A DNA stretch of 64,000 nucleotides from the human T2T-CHM13v2.0 reference genome, Homo sapiens: the NCBI RefSeq assembly GCF_009914755.1, contig NC_060926.1; one strand, given 5' to 3'. Positions 14,947 through 29,489 of this stretch are shown here, one piece after another. A program made the position numbers and the translations under genes. The stretch's first letter is position 1. Each line of letters opens with the position of its first letter. The notes below the pieces were generated by a model that saw only the letters and a program-made list of their open reading frames with translations, was not told the origin of the DNA and did no database searches.

Positions 14947-15299
14947 TGTCACTGTCTAAATATTTGTGTGTCCCCATAAATTCCTATGTTGAAATCCTAA
15001 CCCCCCAGGTGATGGTATTGGAGGTGGGGCCTTTGGGAGGTGAAGAGGTCATGAGGGTGGAGCCCTTATGAATGGGATTAATGCCCTGATCAAAGAGGCC
15101 CAGAGCTCACTCTTGCCTCTTCTGCCATGTGAGGACACAGTGAGAAGACGGCTGACCACGAACCAGGAAGAGGACCCCCACGGCTGCTAGCACATTGATC
15201 TCAGACTCCTCAGCTTTCAGAACTGTGAGAAATAAATGTTTGTTGCTTAAGTCACTCAGTCTATGATTTTTTTTATAGCATCCCAAACTGACTAAGACA
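14947..15299 (+). mobile_element. MaLR solo LTR (MLT1A-type)
   Basis: TG...ATTCCTATGTTGAAATCCTAACCCCCCAGGTGATGGTATTGGAGGTGGGGCCTTTGGGAGG...AATAAA...CTAAGACA termini. Confidence 0.9.
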
Positions 15300-15579
15300 A
15301 AGCCCTTCCGTGGAGATCTTGGGAGAATTTCACATCATCTGCCCTATTTCCATTTCCTCCATTTCCTATTTTCTGCAAATTGCAGACCCACTAATTCACT
15401 GGGTATCTAGGTTGCTTAATAGATAAGCCAGGTGTGTAGCTCTCCATCAGGTCTATGAAGAGTACTGGGGGTGTAGACAAGGCTCTGTGAATTCAAAGTG
15501 CTGGTATTCTTTCAAGATGCCCAGACAATCCATGAGAACAGCTGTGTGCTCACCTCCTGAGGTGCCCACCTCCTTTGGC

Positions 15580-15750
15580 ACTGTCTCATTATATTCTGAA
15601 CAGCCCTGTGAGGTTGGCAAGGTGGTCACCATCCCCACTTTTTAGATGGGGAAGTAGAGGCTCAGAAGGAGTATGCAACTGGGCCAAGGTTGCAGTGCCA
15701 GTGAGTGATGGAGAGCCACACTGCACCCAGCCTCTCAGTCTCCGTAAGCC
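15580..15750 (-). mobile_element. MIR SINE fragment
   Basis: CCCCACTTTTAGATGGGGAAGTAGAGGCTCAGA...GCCAAGGTTGCAG. Confidence 0.7.
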
Positions 15751-15859
15751 CTAACCTCTGGGCCTCTTACCCTTGTGGCTCTGCACCGAGATTATGACCA
15801 CCTATGGGCTCAATCTGAGTGTGCTCAATAGAGATCTCTGCTGCTGATACCATAAGACA

Positions 15860-16025
15860 GTAGATCATCCTTAGCTGCTCATATAAACCATCTGGGGAGC
15901 TTTAAAAATTTCCAATGCCCTGGACTGTTCAGCAAGCCATTTAACACAGAGTCCCTGGGAGGGGGAGTCAGAGATCAATGATTTTTAAAGCTTCCCAGGT
16001 GATTTCAGCAAGATTAAGAACCACA
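15860..16025. mobile_element. MER5-type (hAT-Charlie) DNA transposon remnant
   Basis: CATCTGGGGAGCTTTAAAAATTTCCAATGCCC...TTTTAAAGCTTCCCAGGTGATT...AGAACCA. Similar remnants lie near 13580-13690 and 19795-19910. Confidence 0.65.
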
Positions 16026-17254
16026 CCTTTGTGCTGAATCAGCAAGAATCAGAGGCTGTCTGCAGGGGGCTGTCCTTACATTTTAAGAAGCTGATACCCC
16101 TTATAGGTAAACTGGATACTGCCCTCCTGCAGGTGGAAGGAAGTGTGTCTTGATGCATTCCTGGTTTCACCATCCAAAGCCAGTCAAAGTGCTTACTGGA
16201 CCACAATCAGAGATTGTTCAATCAATACCTGCTGTGCCAAAGTCCAAAGAATTATTTCTGGCAATATTATCCCATCTGTGGTCAGATAGTGCTAAGTGAT
16301 GTTGGCCCTACAGCTGTAATTGATACTCAAGGATGGTGGCCCCATGGCCAAGTCTGTCTTAAAACTGCCCTGTCCAGTGGCATGAAACCTGGAGGCTGAG
16401 GATCCTCCCAGAGCTGGGAGGGTGGGTGGTGATGGTAGATCCCTCCCTGGGGAACCATGTACATGCTCTAGTGCCTTGTACAGCTGCCATACCTGTGCCT
16501 ACAGGAGAAGATGTGTGTGAATTATTATTTATGTAAGGCAAAAGAAAAAAGATGAAATATTGAAGGAGCCAAGATTCCTAGGGCAATAAGCCAGCTAGCA
16601 CATCTACCCTACTGTGATTTGAAAACCTAGCTTCTCAAGTAGGCATGGCCTGATGTATGCCAGTCTGATTTGGTTGAGTTCTTTTTGGTTAAAAAGAATG
16701 TGATGACAAAAATTAGAGGAAAAAAATACATAAACTCTCTATCCTTCCAGGCTTTTCCCAAAAATATATTTTACGGTTGGACTCCTTATATACTGACACT
16801 TCCACTTCCTGCTTTTTTTACTCACTGCTTTGCCACCCTGCTACACAGGCCTCAATAAACACAAGTTATTCGCCTATCCACTAGGACTGCATTCATTTCT
16901 TCATTATTATTTTTCAGTGAACATTTTCTGCATGTGATGTTTTCCTTTTTCTGGACTGTTTGGTTAACATAAAGTTACAGAACTAGAATTACTGAGTAGG
17001 AACTTTTAAATGACTGTATTACTAAATTGCTTTCCAAAAGAGTTACATTGATATATGTTGCCCTCAATAGTAGACACCTGGCAGATCCCATCAAACTTCA
17101 CCAGGATTTTTTGTATTTTGTAAGTACAAAACACCGCTTACTGCAAAAAATCAGTAAGCTGGTTTTTTTTTTTTTTTTTTTTTTTTGGCGGCTTAAAATA
17201 CAAAATGAAAACATGGTGGTGTTGTTATGTGGGCTTCTTTGATTTCTAGCAATT

Positions 17255-17385
17255 TTCATTCCTTCCTTCATTCATTCATGCACTCACTGATGGATATGTT
17301 TATTGGATGCTTATTCTGTGTCAGGCACCATTCTAGGCACTAGGACGCAGTGAGCAAAACATAAAAATCCCCACCCCTGAGGAAA
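17255..17385 (-). mobile_element. L2 LINE 3'-end fragment
   Basis: (TTCA)n followed by TTTATTGGATGCTTATTCTGTGTCAGGCACCATTCTAGGCACT. Confidence 0.8.
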
Positions 17386-18356
17386 TTACCAAATATATGT
17401 ATTTTTTCTGTACTCTAGCAACCACATGGCTTGATAATAGTGGGGACAGGGCACTCAGGCAATTTCCATGCACACGTTTAATTCATACAGCTGAGTGCTA
17501 CAGAGGCTCCACAAGACCCTTTTTGCAGGTGATGAAGTGCAGGCTTGCATTGCCTGACATCCCTCATGGGACCCAGAACCCTGGGTCCCCAGTCCCTGAT
17601 TATTGGGCACTGTCCACCCTCCCTGTGTACAGGAAAGTCAGGCAGAGCTTTGGCAGGGTTGGGCTGGGCACTGACCGAGGTGCCAGGGTGTGAGAGGCAC
17701 CATACAAACCCTGTCAGTCCCCAGAAAGCCACATCTAGGCCTTCCCAGGAACAAACTCTCCTCCAGATAAAAGCTAAATGGTGAAAGATGTCTGTTTTCA
17801 GGGCCACTAAGGGCTAGCTTGCCAGGGTGGCCAGTTCTGTCCTGCCTGGATGCAAGTCGGAGGATTCTTGATCTCCTAGCCTGAGTGGACCACTCACTCC
17901 AGTGTCCAGTTCTGAACCTGCCAATTCTATAGCTGTGCTTTCTCTCCAGAAACTGAGTCTCAAAAACATCAAGAACATTCTCCATAACTGCAGTTAATCA
18001 TTACAGCCAGTAGGATGAGTTCTGCCGAATGCTCTCACATCTATGCTTGTGCTGGGCGTGGGAGCAAGTGTCCCTCCCTGCGGTGTGGCCTGCCTGAGAG
18101 GCTGCGGTTTCAATTCACAGTAGGGCAGATGTACTAGCTGGTTTATTCCCCTGGGGATCTTAGCTCCTTCAATACCTCTTGTTGTCTTTTTTTTTTAGCC
18201 TTACATAAATAAGAATTCACACACCTCTTGAATTGAAAATAAATACAAACAAAAAAAGGAAATAAAACAGAGATCGCCCCTGTGGACATTATGCTGTATC
18301 TCTTTGAAGGTATTGTGTATGCATGTTTGTAGGCAGGTCAAAAAATAGGTAGCTAG

Positions 18357-18687
18357 TGCTATGGTCTGAATGTGTACCCCCAAGATTCACACCTTAAAAC
18401 TTAATTGCCAATAGGTGAGGAAGCCATGAGGACAGAGCCCTTACAAATGGGATTCATCACTTTCTAAAAGATGTGTGAGGGAGCTAGCTGTTCACACCTT
18501 CCACCACGTGAGGAAGCAGCAAGACGTGCCATCTATGAAGCAGAGAGAGCCTTCACCAGACCCTGAATCTGCCGACACCCTGATCTTGGACTTCTCAAGC
18601 TCCAGAAGTGTGAGCAATACATTTCTATGGTTTATAAATTCCCCAGTCTGAGGTATTTTGTTATAGCAGCTCAAATGGACTAAGACA
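18357..18687 (+). mobile_element. MaLR solo LTR (MSTD-like)
   Basis: TGCTATGGTCTGAATGTGTACCCCCAAGATTCA...GTTATAGCAGCTCAAATGGACTAAGACA. Confidence 0.88.
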
Positions 18688-20530
18688 GATGGCTAGCTAG
18701 CTAGATATGCAAAATGGGATCATTGCACTGCATACTTTTCATAATATACTTCTTTTCCGCTCAGAATTCTACAGTGATCATCTTTCCATGTTCTTGAATA
18801 TGTTTCTACAATGTTTTCATGAGTGCATGGTATTTATAAAATGGAAAACTAGCATATCCAACCAGGTCACTTCACAGAGACTTATTAAGGAAAGTATACC
18901 TGACAGCTGAATCCAAAAAGAGAGATGGATTTCAATCAAGAGCCCTTTAATTTTGTTCCCAAATTTCATGGTACAGAAAAAAAGTGCTGATGATGGTTAC
19001 TGACTAGTAAATTTGTTTTTTGGAAGGGTCTAATTTTCATACACAGTGGATTTGCCATGGAAACACCGAGTATGTGCACAAGAGTCCTGTTGGATCTGGA
19101 AAAGTGAGGAACTTTGAAAATGCATCACACTGCCTGCGTACTGATGCTGTGAGTTTACTAGTGGGGGGGGGGGAGATCATGTTGTCACCACAGACAAAAT
19201 ATGCTTGTTCTTTACTAATCTTTTTGAGCAAACCAGTGCCTTGGACTGATGCCCTTTCTCCTTGAGGAAACAGTATCTCTTGATAAGAAAAAAAAATCCT
19301 TTTTTTTTCCTGTCCCTCTGCAAAGAACATGACACTCCAACATTGCTACAAAGTATTTGTGTTTTGTTTCAATCTTTCCCCAAATGCAAGTATAGACGGA
19401 ACACGAATTTGGAATGAAAAGTAAAGTTTGGATTTGTTTTGAAAATATCTTTAAAAAATAAGAGTTTTTGAACAATGAAAGTATTGATAAAATCACACAT
19501 CTAAGTTAAACACACTCTCAATCACCTCACTCATGTTTCCTGTTTTGGTTAACACATTTTAATTGACTTTGGTCTTTTCACCGTCGCTCTTCCACCTGCA
19601 ATGCTGGACTGAGTGTCATGCATTGTCCGGGAACCCAGATCCTGGAACTTCCGGCAGAGTCTGGAGTTGTCACCTGTTGTTGTGTAAGAACCATCTCTGC
19701 CAGTTCTTATGAGGAGCTGCCTAGCAGAGAATTCAACATTGACCTGAGCCAGCTTAGCGAGCTCGTACAACAGCTGGGCTGGTTATTCCTCTGGGCCACT
19801 GGTTCTTACCTCTGGTTGTTCATTAGTCATCAGGGGAATTTTTGAAAAGTATGGGAGCCTGTCCACACCCAGAGATTTGGTTCTAACGGGTCCTCAGTGA
19901 GCCAGGACATTGGTTTGGGTCCCACTGGTTTAGTTCCCCTCATTAGGACTTTTGCTCTGGAACATGCTGCATTTTCCCAGGCCCAGGGCAAAGAAGAATG
20001 TCCTACATGATCAGAATTTAAGGGACTGTTATGCTGCTTTCCTACCTGACTGTTCACCTAGTCTTTTTTTTTTTTTTTCCAAAATGTAACACCATGAAAA
20101 GTTTATCTCTCTCAAAAAATAGACACAATGGTATTAATGACAACAGCAGTTGCAGCTCCTGGAGGTGGTTCCATTGGCAGGCCCTGGCTCCCTTCAGACA
20201 AGGTTCACAAGTTGGTAAGGCTGGACTTCCATTTTCCAGTAGATACAGGAGCTTGGTGAGCTGGAAACACAATGGCAGAAACTACTTTCATCAAGCTTAA
20301 AGATATACTGTGTCTTTCTCCTATCTCTGCATAGCCTTTAATCATTTTTTATTTTGATAGAAACAATACTATTTCTGTAATACCTTCATTAAAAGCTACT
20401 ACATATCCTCTTGGGAAGTGGACAGAGACTACATTGCAAATTAACACATTTATTCCCAAATTGACGTAAATAACATAATGATGTTTATGTATCACTGGAT
20501 TTCTCAAGGCAAAAGGGGAAATCTATCTGG

Positions 20531-21400
<870 letters not shown>

Positions 21401-21439
21401 ACGACAATAAAGCTGTGGCTTGCCCCAGGTTATAGCAAT

Positions 21440-21847
21440 TGTATGAATCAGGATTCTTCAGAGAAATAGAACTAATAGGATGGAGACAGAGAGAGAGAGA
21501 ACCTGAAAGCTGCAGAGCAGGGTGACAAGCTAGAACATCTGGTAGGAGTTAATGTTGCAGTCTGGGATCCTAAATCTAGAAAACTTGAGCAGGATTTCTA
21601 TGTTGTAGTCTGGAGGAGAATTCTGACTTCCTTGGGGGACCTCAGTCTTTTCCTTTCAGGCCTTCAACTGATGGAATGAGGCCCACTCATGTTATGACAG
21701 GTAATCTGCTTGGCTTTAGTCAAAGTCTGTTGATTTCAATGTTAACGACATCTAAAAAATGCCTTCACAGAAACATGGAGACTGGTGCTTGACCAAACAG
21801 CTGGGTAGCACGGCCTAACCAAGCTGACATAAAAATTAGCCACCGCA
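21440..21847 (-). mobile_element. ERVL solo LTR (MLT2-type)
   Basis: CAGGATTCTTCAGAGAAATAGAACTAATAGGA...GGCCTTCAACTGATGGAATGAGGCCCAC...CAAGCTGACATAAAAATTAGCCA. Confidence 0.85.
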
Positions 21848-24764
21848 GCAATGAAACCTGGGAGTTGCCCTGGCTTTCAGGCCTGCACACAAGGCTGTCA
21901 CTCCTCGGCTACTGCTGGAGACAATACATGAACTCGACACACCCAGGGCCAGCCACGAGCCCGGTGCCGTGGGACAGCCTAGCTTCAATCCCTCGAGTGG
22001 AGGAAAGATAACCACAGCCAGCACCATCTCCACTTCCCTCTGGATGAGTTCAGCCCTGAAAAGAGAGAAGGGGTTTTTGCTTGCTTCTACACCCAGAGAT
22101 ATCAGAAAGCCCAGATTCTAAATTCACCCCTCAAAGTGAGGAAAGTGAGGGCCAGGTGGGACTCAAGCCGGCCACTCATCACCAAATGGTCCTTTGTAGC
22201 AAATGGACATTTCCACCATTCCAGGTTGCTAGTGATACTGAGCTGCTTCTAGAAGGGGATGCCCAATTTAGTTTTATGTGGAATTCAGTTTCAAGGACAA
22301 CTAAATAAAAAAGAGCAACTGTGTACAGGGTTTGTAAAAATAGACAACTGATGAACTGCTTTCTCCTCTGGCCTGGCCCTCTTTCAGCCCCTTGATCCCT
22401 TCTCTTCGGACTGGTCTTTATAAAGGACAAATCTGATCATATGATTCCCTTGCTGAAAATCCTTTCTTGGCTCCTTGTTGCCTATGGCAGTTTCTCAAAA
22501 TACGGTGTGTGGCACATCAGGTGGCTTTAGGTGGCATAAAAATTGATGCTGTTTATTTTAATAGTGACTTTTTGGGTTTTGTGGTCATCTTCTATTTAGG
22601 ACAAGTAACATGGTTTTTCATTTTGGTAGTGGAATTAAATGGATTTACTTCTCCATTGGTCTGAAGAACAGTGTTAGGCTAACAGTGATCTGGATGGTGG
22701 GAAATGGCAGAGTCATGGAGATGGACTCAGACGTGGGGAGTAGCAGGGCCCGGGGGCCCTGCCGGGTCTGCCACCTTCCTCGTCTCCTTTCTTCTCTCCA
22801 CTGGAGGACTCACCTTTATCTCCCAATAAATAGCAAAGAGCCAGCAATTGCCAGGACCACACCTGATGACATTGCTAATCCCACTGTCTGGAATGCTCTG
22901 CCCCCAAGGCCCCACTACGTGGAAGACTCCTATTCATCTTTCACATCCCAGCTCAGGAGTCACTGCTTTCATTAGGCTTCCTTCAAATTGTTTCCTTCCA
23001 CGGTCCCTGTAGCACGGACCCTCCCCTGTGTGTCACTCACCAGGAATAGGGACCGTGTTGGGGATGTCCTTAGAAGCTTGGGCACTTCTGCAGGACTCAG
23101 GATGGGAGGAAAAGACTCTGTCACACTGCGAGACAGGAACTGGCAGCTGATGTCCGAGGGCAGGGTATAAAAGAAAAGGCGGCTACCTGCTTATTGCCAT
23201 AAGTCCCAGGGCAGCCGGGTGCTGTCTGAAGGGGTCCCCTCCCAGGCCCAATTTCTCAAACCCAGGGAGAACACCTCTCGTCTTCCCCACTCCCCTCCCT
23301 GCCCCCTAACTTCTATTTTCCGGAGACTGAAGACAAGCAGAGGCCTGTGTGTGGTGTGTCAGGGCTCCTCTCCCAGTCCCGTGTTTCCCTCACAGCAGGG
23401 AAATCCTTCCTGTGCAGCCCCCTCCAGAAGGGAACACCTGCCCCTGATTTTACCAAGAGCCAGATCAGTATCATTGTTTGCACAGAGAGAAACCCTCCTA
23501 CTGTGATTGCCAGTGATAGCAGTATGGGTTGTGGGAAGCGGGAGGAGTCAGGACTGGGACTCTGTCTGCTCCATGGCTTCCGGCTCGGTGGAGCGAGAGT
23601 GCCACAAGCTGTAGAGGACGGGGCTCATCCTCTTATGTGAAAGTGGGAAGCAGACAGGCTTCTGGGGGTTTCCGGTTCCTGCGCCTTGACCCCTGACCGG
23701 CAGCTGGTCTCAAAGCTGTCTTACCACTTAGGGCTACAATAGCCGGGCTCTGGCGCTTGGCTACCTGTCTGTGAAGTGGGCGTCTGGATGGACACTGGTA
23801 ACCTCTCTGCATGCGTGGCTTTGCTTTCTTTTTGACTCTGCTCTTCCCTGGCTGCAGGGAGTGGGACTGTCAGCCAAGGGTGATCCCATCACCTGGTTGG
23901 CCAATCAGAGAGTCTGTGCCCCTGCCACAGTGATTGGTCCTGGAGTGGCCCAATTACAGTCCTCTTTGGGCAACTGGTGTGAACCCTGGGAGAGAGAAGT
24001 TCAGAAGTTATTCTGAACTCAAGAGTGTAAGGATGAGGCAAGAAATTAATCTAGAGAATAAAGTGAGCACAGGAGAAAGTACAGCTGAAGAGATGGGGGA
24101 GAGGACAGAGGAAGAAAGGAGGGATCTGAACGCAGGAACATAGCCCCCTAGCGTGAGTGGCCCCTCCACTTGGGGTGAGAAACCTGACTCACTCTGGGGC
24201 TTATGGAATCAGTGGATGGGAAAGAGAGCATTTGATTAGATGTCTGGCCCAGAGTAGCCCAAGAAAGAATGGTCCCAATGCCACTGTCTCCCAGTCTGCC
24301 TGGAAAGACCGTCAGGGGCAAGTGGTCCTGGTTCAATGTTCACAGTCTCAAAGAAAGCCTGCCTCTCCACTGAGGGGTCACCCTGGTGCCGTTGAATTAT
24401 GACTGGGCATGGAGAGTCCCCGGGGCTGTGGTTAGGGTGCTATCAATGCCTTCTGACACCTGTAGAGACTGATGGAGGAAGCCAGCCGCACTGTGAAAGG
24501 GGGTGGATGTTCTAGTACTTTCTACAGAGAAGCTGTTTTCACTTGCAGGCTGCCAAGTTGGGGCTGGGCTGCTCTGTCAAGTGGAGAGAGGCCCTCCTCC
24601 CAGCTGCTGGAGGGAAGACCAGCCAGAGCTTGGTTCTAAGCTGTCTCTGGACCTGCAGAAGTTCTCTAACCTCCTGTAGCCTCAGCCCCTCCAGAAGTGC
24701 TCCTTTCTGGCACCTGGGAGTAAAATGGAAAAAGCACAGCTCCCTGCTCTCCATCTTTATTTTG

Positions 24765-26045
24765 TTCTGCAGTTTAAAAATTGAGATATAAATTACATAG
24801 AATAAAATCTATATGTAAAAAGCAAGTTTTATTTATGTATGACCCCATGCAACCATCACCCACTCCAGGATCCAGAGCATTTCTGCCACCCTAGAGAAGG
24901 AGAGAGTCCCCTCCTGTCCCATCTAGTAAACCCCTCTCCTCAGGAGTAACCATGACTCTGATGTCTGTCATCACAGGTTAATTTTACCTGTTCTTAAACA
25001 TAAAAATGGAATCATACAGTAAACATTCTTTTTGAGTAGTTTCTTTCATCCAGAATGTTTTTGAGATTCATCCAAGTTTGTGTGTCAGCAGTTTATTCTT
25101 TTTCATTGCTGAGTAGTTTTTCATTGTATGTATGTCTAGACAGTGACAGTCACAAGGATACATTCTGAGAAATGCGTCATTAGGTAATTTTGTGTTGTGT
25201 GAACATCATAGGGTGTACTTACACAATTCTACACTTTGCAGCCTACTGCATACCCAGGCTGTAAGGCCTATTGCTCCTAGGCTACAAACGTTTGCTGCAT
25301 GTTATTGTACTGAATACTGTTGGCAATTGTAACACAATGGTAAATATTCATGTATCCAAACATACCTAAAAATTAAAAAAGGTATGGTAAAAATATGGTA
25401 TAAAAGATAAAAATGGCACGCCTGTACAGGGCACTTACCATGAATGGAGCTTGCAGGACTGGAAGTTGCTCTGGTGAGTCAGTGAGTGAGTGGTGAGTGA
25501 ATGTGAAAGCCTAGGATGTTATTGTACACCGCTGTGGACTTTATAAACAGTGTGCACTTGGGTGATAGGAATTTTTCCTTCCATTATAATTTCATGGGAC
25601 CATGATTGTGCAGAGCATGACTGTATTACATTTGGATTGTGTCTAGATAAACATTTAATAGGTATTTGAGTTGTGTCTTGTTTTTAGCTATTACAAATAA
25701 AATTTATGAGCATTTTGATGGATATTTGCACTTAACTTCTCCTTGAGAAAAACCTAGGAGTAGAATTCCTGGGTGATCTGAGAGGTGAATGTTTAATTTT
25801 GCTAGAAAATCCCAAACATTTGTCCAATGTTACTGTATCATTTTGCATTTCTACCAGCAGTGAGAGCTCCAATTGCTTTGTCTACTTGCCAACATTTGGT
25901 ATGGTCAGTCTCTTTAGACACTTAAGTGGGTGTGTTATGGTATCTTGTTGTGGTTTTAATTTGCATTTCCTTGATAAATAATGGTTTGAGAACATTTTCA
26001 TGTGCTTATTGGCCATTTAGATATCCTCTTTTGTGAAGCACTTGG
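24765..26045 (-). mobile_element. Old L1 (L1M) 3' region, interrupted by Tigger3
   Basis: T-rich antisense L1 3' UTR (TTGAGATATAAATTACATA, TTTGAGATTCATCC, GTGGTTTTAATTTGCATTTCC). Confidence 0.85.
25141..25623 (-). mobile_element. Tigger3 (MER7/Golem) non-autonomous DNA transposon
   Basis: GGATACATTCTGAGAAATGCGTCATTAGG...GGAGCTTGCAGGACTGGAAGTTGCTCTGG...GCATGACTG followed by TA. Opposite orientation to the copy at 27726. Confidence 0.88.
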
Positions 26046-26400
26046 TCAGTCAAGGCTTTTGCTTACTAAAAATTTTTTTCTTGCCAGAATAAATTGGGAT
26101 GTTTATAACTTTTCTACAGGCAGCAATATGGAAATTACTAGGAGTTATACTTTTATTACTTTCAGATTATTTGCATTAAGACCATAAGTTTTCAAATGAG
26201 TGGTACAAAAGATAAGAAACAAAATTGTGTTAAAATATCCTTGAGGCAATCAAGTATAAAAATGACACTAATTTATTTTATTGTGATGAGAAGAAATAAG
26301 ATAGTTTAAGCATGATCTGAGGTAAGAATTGTAATTCTTTAACCAGGCAAGAATCAAAAGTTAATCCAAACAATTTTCAGATACAGAATACCATTTGTGC

Positions 26401-26700
26401 TTTTTTTTTTTTTTTTTTTTGAGACAGAGTCTCTCTGTTGCCTGGGCTGGAGTGCATTGGTGTGATCTCAGCTCACCTCAGCCTCTGCCTCCCAGGTTCA
26501 AGTGATTCTCCTGCTTCAGCATCCTGAGTAGCTGGGATTACAGGTGCCTACCACCAAGTCCGGCTAATTTTTGTAGTTTTAGTAGAGACACAGTTTCTTC
26601 ATGTTGGCCAGGCTGGTCTCAAACTTCTGACTTCAAGTGATCCACCCACCTCGGCCTCCCAAAATGCTGGGATTACAGGCATGAGCCACAGCACCCGGCC
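26401..26700 (-). mobile_element. Alu SINE (AluS-type)
   Basis: Poly-T plus Alu body ending CCCGGCC. Perfect TSD CCATTTGTGC (26391-26400 / 26701-26710). Confidence 0.97.
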
Positions 26701-27358
26701 CCATTTGTGCATTTGTAAGGTCCATTATAGTAGTTACATTTCCAGAAAAACTAAAAGAAATTCTGAGATATAATGTGAAATGAAATTTGGCACGCAGCTC
26801 TTAATATCACTTTTACTTAGCATGCATTGGACACCTACAGTGCAGGTGAGGAACACTGTTAGGCGTCCAGCAGAGACAGGATGGATGGGCACCATCAGCA
26901 AGCATGCATCAGATCCCAAAGTACCCTCTCTATGGGGCTTCTTGAGTTTTCTCTGCAGCTGTTTTTTGTTTGTTTGTTTGTTTGTTTGTTTTCCTTATTT
27001 GCTGGTGTTCTGCTAGAACCAGGTTAAATTGAATTTTTGTTTTCACTATACTTTACTATTCTTTTTCTGAGCTGGCATCACTAGGCTATCCAGTTGTCTT
27101 GATTGCAGTACTCTAAATCAATTGGCCCTTCCCTCAATCTACCTAATTCACACAATCTTTCAGCCACGGGAGCACATCTCACAAAATGAGAAGCGTCTTT
27201 CCTAGTAGCTGTAATCTGCTTCAATTTGCTGCCTGGTAAAGCTATTGTGAGCTTGCTGAATCACTGCTATGTTGCTCATAGCTGTGTCCAAACTGTGAAA
27301 ATTGCCCAGTCTCTGATCATGTCTCACCTCAGTGGGTACAGGTCAATAGCACAATTGG

Positions 27359-29160
27359 TGTGATGGTTCATTTTAAGCGTCACTTTGGCTGGGCTACAGT
27401 GTCTAGACATGTGGCCAAACATTATTCCAGATGTTTCTGTAGGTGTTTTTGGATGAGATTTTTACATTGAAATGGATGGGCTTTGAGTAAAGCAGATCAC
27501 CCTCATAATGAGGATGGGCCTCATCCAATCAGTTGAAAGACTGAATAAAACAGAAGATTAAGCAAGAGGGGATTCTGCAGCCTATGGCCTTCAGACTTGA
27601 ACTGCAACATTGACTCTTCCTGGGTCTCCAGGTTGCCAGCCCACCCTGCAGATTTTGGACTTGTCAGCCTCCATAATCATGTGAACCGATTCCTTAATAT
27701 AAATTTCTTCATATACCTATATATACAGTCACACACTGCATAACAATGTTTTGGTCAATAAAGGATCACATATCTGATGGTGGTCTCATGAGATTATAAT
27801 AGCATAATATATTATATATTCTATATATAAATTATATATTATAATTATAATATATAATATATTATTATAATATAATAAAATTCCTATCACCTAGTGATTT
27901 CATAGCCATCACAATATCACAGGACAGCATATTACTCAACAAGGCTGTGGTTGAGACAGCAAACAACGGTTCCTGAGAAACTGACTAATGAGTTGTAGGA
28001 ACTGGAACCAGAATCCATAGCTGAAGAGAGGCAAGAGAAAAGAAACTGCAGGAGAAGAAAAGAAGAACCCCTGAGAAAATTCACAGTGAAGCATTTGGCA
28101 GAAGCTTTTGCAGACCTCAACTTTTTCTTTAAAAAGTTTGAAAGTGACCCCCGACACTGAAAGGTTTTTATTAATAGAGAGGAATGTTCGTGGTGCATTA
28201 TCTGTTTACAAACAAATCTGTGATGAAAAAAAGAAACAACTAAGCAAGATGCTATGGACATATTTCTGAAAAGAGTGACACCTCCTCAAGAAGATCCTCA
28301 GTCAGGTCCTTCAGGCGGTGTTCCAGAAAAAGGCGTTGCTATCATAGGAGATGACAGCTCCGTGCATGTTATCATCCCTGAAGACCCTCCAGTGGGACGA
28401 GATGTGGAGGCGGAAGATACTGATACTGATGATCCTGACCCTGTGTAGGCCTATGCTAATGTGTGTTTATGTCTTAGTTTTCAACAAAAAGGTTTAAAAT
28501 TTAAAAATAAAAAATTTCTAAATAGAAAAAAGCTTATAGAATAGGGATATAGAGAAAGACAATATTTTCGTAGAGCTTTACAGTGTGATTTTGTTTTAAG
28601 CTAAGTGTTATTACAAAAGAGTCAAAATGTTAAAAAGAAGTTTAAAGTTTATGAAGTAAAAAAGTTACAGTAAGCTAAGGCTAACTTATATATTTTAAAA
28701 AATATTTTTAGAAATTTAGTGTAGCCTAAGCGCACAGTGTAATGTCTTAGTTGCTCACGGACTCGCCCAGAGCAACTTCCAGTTCTACAAGCTCCATTGA
28801 TTGGAAGTGCCCTATATAAGTGTGCAATTTTCACTTTTTATACTGTATTGTTACTGTACCTTTTCTATGTTAGATATGTCTACATAGACATATATACCTA
28901 CCATTGTGTTATAATTGCCTACAGTATTCAGTATAGTAGCATGCTGTACAAAGCCTAGGAGTGACAAGCTATACCACATAGTCCAGGTGTGTGGTAGGCT
29001 ATGCCATCTAGGTGTGTGCAAATACACCCTATGATGTTTGCACAACGATGAAATTGCCTAAGGACACATTTCACAGAATGTATCTTTGTTGTTATGCAAC
29101 ACATGGCTGTATATACACACATCTTTTGATTCTGGCTCTCTGGAGAACCCGCATATACTT
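27359..29160 (+). mobile_element. ERVL solo LTR (MLT2B-like), split by Tigger3
   Basis: TGTGATGGTTCATTTTAAGCGTCACTTTGGCTGGGCTACAG...GGGCCTCATCCAATCAGTTGAA. It resumes after 29110 with TTCTGGCTCTCTGGAGAACCC. Confidence 0.88.
27726..29109 (+). mobile_element. Tigger3 (Golem) DNA transposon, internally deleted, with a transposase C-terminal remnant
   Basis: TA|CAGTCA...ATGGCTG|TA termini. ORF 28254-28448 (MDIFLKRVTPPQEDPQSGPSGG...DDPDPV) and broken upstream frames resemble the acidic C-terminus of a Tigger transposase. Confidence 0.9.
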
Positions 29161-29489
29161 GACAAAAATGTCAGGGTAAGCCTGGAGTCCTGCTGGTTGT
29201 TCTCCTGTCTGTCATGTTAAAAGAAAAATAAAACTATTAACTGGCTTTCATTTTTAAACATTCCCAGGCCCCAAATTCTATATCCCCCTGGAATCAGCAT
29301 GGCTGCAGGAACATCTTCTCTCTGCCGGTCAAGGACACTCCTCAGCAGAGTGGCCCTTTCCGAAGCTGAAACAACTTCTGCCTCTACTTGCATGGCTTCC
29401 CAAAGGCTGGATCCTTGTGGGAATGCATTTCAAAAGGGAAGAATCAACTGATTTCGGGGCATGCAATCAAGACCCTAGGTATCAGTATG

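Noticed and set aside
19549-19770. 73-aa minus-strand ORF in unique sequence (LYELAKLAQVNVEF...KSIKMC) as a coding exon
   Set aside because: It starts at TTG with an in-frame stop just upstream, the nearby AG lacks a polypyrimidine tract, and I recognise no homologue. A BLASTP/BLAT search against spliced transcripts would be needed to revive it.
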